Below, in pieces: positions 54,563 to 64,000 of a stretch of 64,000 bases of DNA. The position numbers were made by a program, and so were the translations under genes. The notes under the pieces were generated by a model. That model was not told the origin of the DNA, searched no databases, and was given only the letters and a program-made list of their open reading frames with translations. Position 1 is the stretch's first letter. Each line of letters begins with the position of its first letter. This DNA comes from Octopus vulgaris (taxonomy: Eukaryota): NCBI GenBank assembly GCA_951406725.2, contig OX597814.1, positions 188,852,001-188,916,000 of the forward strand, in the 5' to 3' direction.

Positions 54563-54994
54563 TTATCTATCTATCTGTGTGTGTGTGTGTGCGTGTGCGT
54601 GAAATATACATAGATGTCACTATACTAATAAGCAAGCTTTGATTGAAAGTTCATTTTAGTTAACTTTCTCAATATTTTTTTATAATGCTCTATTAAATAG
54701 CAGTTAGCCTCTAACCTTTGACCCCTGTGATATGGACCATCCTATTAAACTCACTCCACAGCATCTTACCCTCGCTAGTTCCCCCACTAAAACTGAAATA
54801 GGATGTAACTCTCATAACCTGTGGAAATTACTCTTGGGAGTCACTTTCTTTACAATAAGATTTAACCCCATGGATTATGCATATCACCTTGGAATTGACT
54901 TTTTTTTACCATTCCTTACTATTTCTATTATGTTATTATTTTATTTTATTATTTTACCCTACATCCTCACATGTTAGATTCCCAACATTATGTT

Positions 54995-55138
54995 CTCTCT
55001 GATAAAGCTTTGGGGTTCAGACATTGTCCAACCCCTGTCCAATGTTTGTTCAACCTTTGTAAAATCCCTGTATATTACTGGCACGATGTGGAAAAGTTGG
55101 CAGATTGGGCAACCCCATAGTAGAAACGGCTGTAAGAG
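54995..55138 (+). ncRNA. Degenerate type I hammerhead with long stem II (G8A in this copy)
   Basis: ctct CTGATAA a gctttggggtt..aaccccatagt a GAAA cggct GTA agag. Confidence 0.5.
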
Positions 55139-55519
55139 CTTAGTATTTTTAAACTCATTTATTCTTATTCATTTGTTTATTTTTATTTATCTATTCATTT
55201 ACTTGTTTCTTTGCTTATTTCATTTGTTTATTTTGATTACTTATACATATAGGATTGTAACCAATTAATAAATAGATATAAATGAATGTCTACAGGCTGA
55301 TGCTTGTCGATTCATTATCCTCTCCATTTTCTTATTTGTCTTATAAATTCTGGGTAAATTTCTGTTTTACCCCCATTCATAGCTAGTATTCAATTGCGAT
55401 ACTACCCTGCAAAAGTAAGCACTTAGATATAAATACGTAGGTATACACCCAGTTGTATATTGGATATTTATTATCCCTTCGATGGTTACGTAACCTCCAA
55501 CTCATACAGACATATATAT

Positions 55520-56455
55520 TCCACTTCCACCCTGCTCTCCACTCGGATTCTTCCATCTTACCCATACTCCGCACCACATCTTACCGCCTTATGCGGGCCA
55601 CCATTCGCTCTAATCTCTCCAAACTACATGCCATCATTCGTTAGCTACTGCACGCATTTTTTTTCTCTCCTTCTTTCTGTGTTTTTCTCTCTCTGTGTAT
55701 CTTTCTGTTGAAGAGCGTAGGCTCGAAACGTTAAAGACTTGTTTTATTTATATTTCCTGAGCGCCATACTAATACAATTGTTCGTTTGTTTTCCACCTGC
55801 CTTCGTCTTTTGTTTATTTTCATAAAGCCTCCCGTTATATATTATGCGCTCACGTGGTCTCACTTTCATCCTATATTCTACCAATACCACTATCAACACT
55901 TACCTCTACCTTGGATTTTCTTTACCTCTTGGATACTTACCATTGGCTGCACCTCTCTTTCGCGGATCAAAGTGACTTTGCATTGATGTGAAATCCTTAA
56001 AAAATATACCACGACGTCTACACATTTCTCACCTTGAACTTTCAACCTTGAACTTGTTCGCATAAACTGTCCCGTTTGTTGTATTTTTATTTAAGCCGCT
56101 GCCTACATCACCGACTCATCCCTAAAGGTTTCCGCCTCCACTTCCACCCTGCTCTCCACTCGGATTCTTCCATCTTACCCATACTCCGCACCACATCTTA
56201 CCGCCTTATGCGGGCCACCATTCGCTCCAATCTCTCCAAACTACATGCCATCATTCGTTAGCTACTGCACGCATTTTTTTCTCTCCTTCTTTCTGTGTTT
56301 TTCTCTCTCTGTGTATCTTTCTGTTGAAGAGCGTAGGCTCGAAACGTTAAAGACTTGTTTTATTTATATTTCCTGAGCGCCATACTAATACAATTGTTCG
56401 TTTGTTTTCCACCTGCCTTCGTCTTTTGTTTATTTTCATAAAGCCTCCCGTTATA

Positions 56456-56457
<2 letters not shown>
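55520..56457 (+). mobile_element. Internally deleted Penelope-like element in partial tandem (non-autonomous)
   Basis: About 320-bp direct repeats 55520-55840 / 56137-56457; PLE ORF N-terminus YLSRCLHHRLIPKGFRL fused to the P1 repeat; hammerhead-like motifs at 55700-55737 and 56316-56353. Confidence 0.85.
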
Positions 56458-56488
<31 letters not shown>

Positions 56489-57000
56489 GTAGATTGTTAG
56501 AGAGATATGTAGATAGATAGAAAGATAGGTAGATATTGGTATATGGAGAGAGACAGAGGAGAGTTATTGAATGAGAAAGAGAGAGAGGAAGAGAGGGAGA
56601 GGCCGCTTCTTTACGTTGAAAATCAAAGGACACCGTACGAAAATTTTGAAAATTTGCTACGTCAGTAAATGTTTCCACGAGAAAAAAAACAAAAACAAAA
56701 CAAAACATGACATTACAAAGAAATAAGCAATTACTTTTCTCGACTTTTTTTCATATATAATAGGTGTTATTTATTTCTGCTGCACATTAATTTCCAGCTA
56801 GAGAATATTATCAGTAAAATATATGGTTGTAAAATTTTGTATATTATTACTTATTTTAAAGACAAAAAAGTTATGAATATTAGTGGTCCAATCTGACCTT
56901 TATGAATAATAGAAATTTCTGCCAAAATAGCTAAAAAAAAATGCATGTATAACACAACGCACACACATACACACATATATGTATATATCCATATGCATAT

Positions 57001-57035
<35 letters not shown>

Positions 57036-57299
57036 TATGTATGTATATATAGAAACTCGAAAAGAGCTGCAATATTCTGTGTCACTCCCCTATGAAATAC
57101 CAAGCATACTAAAGTAATAGGCTAAGAATAGATGGAAAGTATTATATATATTGTTAATATGAAAACAAAGAAATATATAATGGCTAGGTGATTTTATTTT
57201 TTGTTCTCGAGTTTGTTTTACCAAGAGTAAAGGTTAAATTCAAATAATATGATGCACGAGTAACAATCAATATTGATATCAGTAATAATATTCAGTAGG

Positions 57300-57625
57300 A
57301 TGAGAAAGAAGAAAGAAGAAAGAAGAAAGAAGAAGAAGAAGAAGAAGAAGAAGAAGAAGAAGAAGAAGAAGGAGAAGAAGATGATGAAGATGAAGATGAT
57401 GAAGATGAAGAAGATGAAGATGAAGAAGATGACAGAGAAGAAGAAGAAGGTGAAGAAGGAGGATGAGGATGAGGGGGAATAGAAGAAGAAGAAGAAGAAG
57501 AAGAAGAAGGAGAAGAAGAAGAAGAAGGAGAAGGAGAAGAAGAAGAAGAAGAAGAAGACGAAAAAGAAGAAGAAGAAGAAGAAGAAGAAGAAGAAGGAGA
57601 AGACGAAAAAGGAGGAGAAGAAGAA

Positions 57626-57656
<31 letters not shown>

Positions 57657-57660
57657 AAAT
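57300..57660. repeat. (GAA)n-rich polypurine tract
   Basis: Direct reading. Confidence 0.95.
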
Positions 57661-57930
57661 AGGTGATAATGACGATATTGTGGAAGGCGAAAAGAACGAT
57701 GAGAATAGTGAATAGGACCAGTTTGAGCAGTATGAATATAACCGTGTTCGAGTGTGTGTGTGTGTGTGTGTGTGTGCATGCGCATATGCGTTTGTTGTGC
57801 GTATGTGTGTGTGTGTGTGTGTGTGTGTGCGTATGTGTGCGCTCGATTACACAAATACATCCACACCTTCGAACGTATAATTGTTCTGTCGAGATATACG
57901 TATAAAATTACATTTACATGTGCTGTATGC

Positions 57931-58000
<70 letters not shown>

Positions 58001-58307
58001 GAGTGGGTACTGAAAAATTCTTATCTTTGGGTAACAGAAAATACAGGAGGATTAGTTAATTATGATTTTATTCAAACTACTGCTTTTACAGATACAAACA
58101 TTTATTGCAAGGGTCCTGTAAAAGAACTCGAAAGTTTGGGCCTCCAGCCAGGCCTTTCCCGATACCATTAAAGCCAGTTACTTTCGAACCCCATCTCGCA
58201 TACATATTTACGTAGATACTATTACTCGCTAGATGGATCGCTTTCTTTGTCTCTCTACACATATATTTATAAGTATATATATATATGTATATCTGTTGCC
58301 ATGATAG

Positions 58308-58500
58308 ATCGTTAGCTACTACACACATTTTTTCTCTCCTTGTTTCTCTCCTTGTTTTTTTCTGTGTCCCTTTCTGTAGAAGAGCGTAGGCTCGAAACGT
58401 AAAAGACTTTTTTCTATTCTTGAGCGTTATAATAATACATCGGTTTGTTTTGTACACCACCTGTCTTCGTCTTTTGTTTTTTTCGTAAACTCTCCCTATG
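58308..58500 (+). mobile_element. P1-related Penelope terminal repeat; hammerhead-like motif at 58370-58405 (CUGUAGA)
   Basis: cttt CTGTAGA a gagc gtag gctc GAAA c GTA aaag. Confidence 0.75.
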
Positions 58501-58517
58501 TATATTTGTATACGCTT

Positions 58518-58548
<31 letters not shown>

Positions 58549-58771
58549 CACTAACATACACACGCACGCACACACACCCACACATACACACATATACACA
58601 CACATACACACATACGCATACATATAAAATGGCTTCATGTAGTGGTGCACACTCAACGGCGTTAGAGAGCATAAACATGAAAGTTATACTTGAGAAACGT
58701 TAACAGACATGGAGGCGATGAATACTAGAAAAAGGCCCCTTTATCGTGATGATACGCGCCGGTTATCAAAA

Positions 58772-59154
58772 AGGAAGCACTCCGTCGGTTACGACGATGA
58801 GGGTTCCGGTTGATCCGAATCAACGGAACAGCCTGCTCGTGAAATTAACGTGTAAGTGGCCGAGCACTCCACAGACACGTGTACCCTTAACGTAGTTCTC
58901 GGGGATATTCAGCGTGACACAGAGAGTGACAAGGCCGCCCTTTGAAATACAAGTACAACAGAAACAGGAAGTAAGAGTGAGAGAAAGTTGTGGTGAAAGA
59001 GTACAGCAGGGATCACCACCATCCGCTGCCGGAGCCTCGTGGAGCTTTAGGTGTTTTCGCTCAATAAACACTCACAACGCCCGGTCTGGGAATCGAAACC
59101 GCGATCCTATGACCGCGAGTCCGCTGCCCTAACCACTGGGCCATTGCGCCTCCA
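58772..59154 (-). mobile_element. SINE family A, full length
   Basis: TSD cggttatcaaaa at 58760-58771 / 59155-59166. Confidence 0.93.
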
Positions 59155-59284
59155 CGGTTATCAAAATGCCGACACCATGACTGCTGTTCAATGCTCTATG
59201 AACAGTGTAAAGACTGTCAGACGTGACATGAACAGGTTCAACGGAGACTACAACACGGTGACCTGCGTCATAGCAGTCGCTCGG

Positions 59285-59286
<2 letters not shown>

Positions 59287-59377
<91 letters not shown>
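59287..59377. repeat. (AG)n microsatellite
   Basis: Direct reading. Confidence 0.95.
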
Positions 59378-59380
<3 letters not shown>

Positions 59381-59697
59381 AAGAGTACATATTTATTTGG
59401 AAATAGCATTTCGTAGATATAAAGAGCAATTGTTTTTTTCATTATGCAATGGTTAGTAGCAGAGAACTCAATGTTATAAAGAAATATTCCTATTCAATTG
59501 TTCTTAATGTTAAACTAAAACCGAATCTATACTCGAAACAGACACAACCAACCGCGTACTATCTATTACGTACATATATTTTATATATATTTTATATATA
59601 TTTCCGATAGAGTCTATGTTCTCCTACTCGTGAAATATTGATGTCCTTGTTTTTTTTTTTTTTTTAGTTTTAGTTGTTTATGAATCAAGCAGACCGA

Positions 59698-60120
59698 AGA
59701 TCTTTTCGGTTTGAACGGCAGTTTTTAACATAATTTCTAGGTAACTAAAAAATTTTAAACTTCGTATATTGGTAGAATTTGTTTATAAAACATCTTTTTC
59801 TCTTGGCTTTATTGAAAAAATTCTATAGTGTGTAAGATATTTGTTGTTTTTTTCTTCAATTTCTGCCATTTCAACCGATCACTGACGTCCATTGAGGTAA
59901 ACAACATTCTGTGCCGTATGAATATGTCCCTCGTTTAAGAAACAGATTGGATTTATTTACATTTCTGAAGAAAAAAATGATACCCTTCCCCCCACCCCTA
60001 ACCCTAACCCTAAACCTAAAACATATCGAAATGCAATAGATCGATTCTAGGGTCATAATCATGGGTGACAATTTCATATGACACCGCTAGAAAAAACTGC
60101 CGTTCAAACCGAAAAGATCC
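59698..60120. mobile_element. MITE with 28-bp TIRs and 8-bp TSD (Merlin- or hAT-like)
   Basis: gatcttttcggtttgaacggcagttttt / aaaaactgccgttcaaaccgaaaagatc; TSD cagaccga / cagaccta. Confidence 0.85.
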
Positions 60121-60388
60121 CAGACCTATGTTCCAAAAGGTTTTTTTGTCTTAACGGTTTAAATATGAATATTTTATCCGATTGAAACTGTTCTTGTTTT
60201 TTAAGGAGATAGGAAGTGGTATAATGGATAACTAGTTATTATATATATTGCAGTTTATGTAACCACATATAAGCAACTTCAAATGTAAAATGTATTTAGT
60301 GGTTTGTTAGAGTGTATAAACTTGAGATAGCATACGTTCCACGTGCAAAAGACATAATTATTATTGACGTTGCATTCTTTCATAATTA

Positions 60389-60806
60389 CCTATTTCTTTA
60401 CTACCCACAAGGGGCTAAACACAGAGAGGACAAACAAGGACAGACAAACGGCTTAAGTCGATTATATTGACCCCAGTGCGTAACTGGTACTTTGATAACC
60501 GACCCCGAAAGGATGAAAGGCAAAGTCGACCTCGGCGGAATTTGAACTCAGAACGTAGCGGCAGACGAAATACCTATTTCTTTACTACCCACAAGGGGCT
60601 AAACACAGAGAGAACAAACAAGGACACACAAAGGGATTAAGTCGATTACATCGACTCCAGTGCCTAACTGGTACTTAATTTATCGACCCCGAAAGGATGA
60701 ACGGCAAAGTCGACCTCGGCGGAATTTGAACTCAGAACGTAACGGCAGACGAAATACGGCTACGCATTTCGCCCGGCGTACTAACATTTCTGCCAGCTCG
60801 CCACCT
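60389..60806 (-). mobile_element. SINE family C tandem dimer (184-bp period)
   Basis: Full monomer followed by a headless second unit. Confidence 0.9.
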
Positions 60807-61155
60807 TTTTATACACGATTATAGTTACTTTGCAGTAATCTTCGCTAACAAGTATTTGAAATTTTCTCCAATAAAAATATCTACTTTACATGAGTATATA
60901 CTACTTGCATAAGAAATGAAGATAAAAGCAAAGTTTTCATTTCTTGCATTTGGCACTTTATTCTATCCATCGTTCAAATTTTCTACAATAAATTTTAGCT
61001 ACATGCTTTTATATAAGAAAATAGATTTTAGTGGCCTCAGAATTCGATCAGTAATGTTTTACTGTTTTTCAAGTTTCACTACTTCGCGTCATTTGTTCGA
61101 TTAAAATAATAAAAAACGAAAAAAATCCTTTCAAATAATTTCAATTTATAGTTAT

Positions 61156-61671
<516 letters not shown>

Positions 61672-62143
61672 GTTAAAATTGAACTATATGTATTACATGG
61701 AGAGGTTTGTGAGGAATATATTTCAAAACTATTATTTGCATATAATACAACCAATTTTATAGCTGGACAATATTAACCTTAACTCTAACGTCTATTGTAT
61801 TTTAGAGAAAGAAAATAATATTCGTAAGACTATTGGCATATCATAAATAGAAGTCAAGTAAAATATACAATGTTGAGTTAAATTGAGAAACACTTTGGTT
61901 CTTCAAATCGTATCTTCACACAGTATACGCTGTACGTAAATGTACGCGTGTATATACGTTTGAAATTTGCAGATAAACACCTATGTATAGTGTGAGTGAG
62001 TGTGCGCGAAAGAGAGAGAAAAAGAGAGGAGGAGAGAGAGATTGCAATGGTCAAACATATTGTCTCAGTTCTTTTAAGCTGGCAGTACAAGACAGATTAC
62101 AATCCAAACGTTGAACATTTGGTTACGCGATCTCACTCATTGT

Positions 62144-62474
62144 CGCGGTTTCGATTCCCAGACCGGGCGTTGTGAGTGTTTATTGAGCGAAAACACCTAA
62201 AGCTCCACGAGGCTCCGGCAGGGATGGTGGTGATCCCTGCTGTACTCTTTCACCACAACTTTCTCTCACTCTTACTTCCTGTTTCTATTGTACCTGTATT
62301 TCAAAGGGCCGGCCTTGTCACTCTCTGTGTCACGCTGAATATCCTCGAGAACTACGTTAAGGGTACACGTGTCTGTGGAGTGCTCAGCCACTTACACGTT
62401 AATTTCACGAGCAGGCTGTTCCGTTGATCGGATCAACCGGAACCCTCGTCGTCGTAACCGACGGAGTGCTTCCA
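62144..62474 (+). mobile_element. SINE family A, 5'-truncated
   Basis: TSD tcactcattgt at 62133-62143 / 62475-62485. Confidence 0.92.
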
Positions 62475-62559
62475 TCACTCATTGTAAAGGGAACATCATA
62501 AGACATACTATTTTCAGGGAATTTACTGTTGATCTCGAAATGATTTTAAATGAAATATA

Positions 62560-62960
62560 TATTTCTTTATTACCCACAAGGTGCTAAACATAGAGGGGAC
62601 AAACAAGGACAGACAAACAGATTAAGTCGATTACATCGACTCCAGTGCGTAACTGGTACTTAATTTATCGACCCCGAAAGGATGAAAGGCAAAGTCGACC
62701 TCGGCGGAATTTGAACTCAGAATGTAACGGCAGACGAAATACCTATTTCTTTACTACCTACAAGGGGCTAAACACAGAGGGGACAAACAAGGACAGACAC
62801 ACGGATTAAGTCGATTATATCGACTCCAGTGCGTAACTGGTACTTATTTAATCGACCCCGAAAGGATGAAAGGCAAAGTCGACCTCGGCGGAATTTGAAC
62901 TCAGAACGTAGCGGCAGACGAAATACCGCTAAGCATTTCGCCTGACATGCTAACGTTTCT
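62560..62960 (-). mobile_element. SINE family C tandem dimer (184-bp period) with TSD
   Basis: TSD gaaatgattttaaat(g/a)aaatata at 62537-62559 / 62961-62983. Confidence 0.9.
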
Positions 62961-63264
62961 GAAATGATTTTAAATAAAATATAGCATAGCAAAAATCCAA
63001 CAACCAAATATGCTAGCTACATGCATGCAAAAAACACCAAAGAAATAAAGATACAAAAAACCCGAATCTCAATCTCTTTTGTATATCAATAAAATTAAAT
63101 ATTTAAGACCTGAATATAAAATTCACATCAATAATTTTTCCTCAATAAATTAAATGAACTGAAACTAATTTCTGGCTTGATACAATGGATAATAAATTAA
63201 AGAGCATCTACACGTTACACAAAATTTACTGTAAGAATATGCACACCTTTTGGTGGAATCTGAC

Positions 63265-63898
63265 TGTGTCAGAAGTAAATGAATTTGAATAACACCTACG
63301 TTTAACTCCATTTATATATATATCACAAATGTTATATTAACGACAGCGATTTTTGAAACTATTACTTAAGTATATTGTATGAGCTGACAGCTATTAGCTA
63401 TGATTCTTTTACGCTTTATATGCGGATATGCTATAAAAAATGTATTATAGATTAGAAACCGCGTACACTTCTGAAGAATATTAACTCACCTCTTTTTTAA
63501 TAAGAAATGGGTCTCACTGAACACGTTACCTTTTTCTATATTGCATGTAACCGTCGGTGTGCTACGGTATGGGATAGTATACGACTCCTTTTTTGATATT
63601 CACCCTCAACGTCAAACTTTCTAATTTTAGACTAGATAGGTTGATAACTTAGACTTCCATTGGAGGGAATGATTCAAAAGTGACAGCCAATATTGTCAAC
63701 AACTAAAAAGAGAGGTGAGTTAATATTCTTCAGAAGTGTACATGGTTTCGCATATAAATGGTAAAAGAATCATAGCTTATAAAATATCCTTAAGTAGTAG
63801 TTTCAAAACGATCTCTGTTGTCAATATAACATTTGTAATATATATATATAAATGGAGTTAAACGCATGTGTTATTTAAATTCTTTTAATTCCGACACA
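63265..63898. mobile_element. Old foldback/MITE-like element with long imperfect inverted arms
   Basis: 63265-63500 versus 63704-63898, e.g. gtacacttctgaagaatattaactcacctct / agaggtgagttaatattcttcagaagtgtac. Confidence 0.75.
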
Positions 63899-64000
63899 TG
63901 TTTCGAAGATATAACTGATATTATTCCAAATGAATAAAATGGTGTAAAACAATGTAATCTTCTCTTCAGGGAAGGGAAGAAATGAAACTCGTCAATAAGA

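Noticed and set aside
57273-57866. Poly-K/R/L ORFs
   Set aside because: (GAA)n tract.

Overview
AT-rich, repeat-saturated eukaryotic (animal) DNA with no recognisable host protein-coding gene. The SINE/LINE/microsatellite content suggests an Octopus-like cephalopod intron or intergenic region (inference). Contents: dozens of (TA)n/(CA)n/(AG)n/(AAT)n/(CTAT)n microsatellites, which generate most of the ORF track; at least four tRNA-derived SINE families (my labels A-D, several with target-site duplications); 5'-truncated CR1-type and RTE-type LINEs; Tc1/mariner/maT relics; MITEs; a probable non-autonomous Helitron; and many Penelope-like (PLE) pieces, including an RT+GIY-YIG ORF fragment. Most notable is a set of short, (TA)n-embedded PLE terminal-repeat modules that fold by eye into minimal type I hammerhead ribozymes. 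Some have non-canonical cores: CUGUNGA in five copies, and a G3-C8 swapped core inside a perfect 285-bp palindrome. One family forms a 616-nt ribozyme-to-ribozyme tandem unit resembling a non-autonomous mini-Penelope/retrozyme. All folds are manual; no activity or database match was tested.
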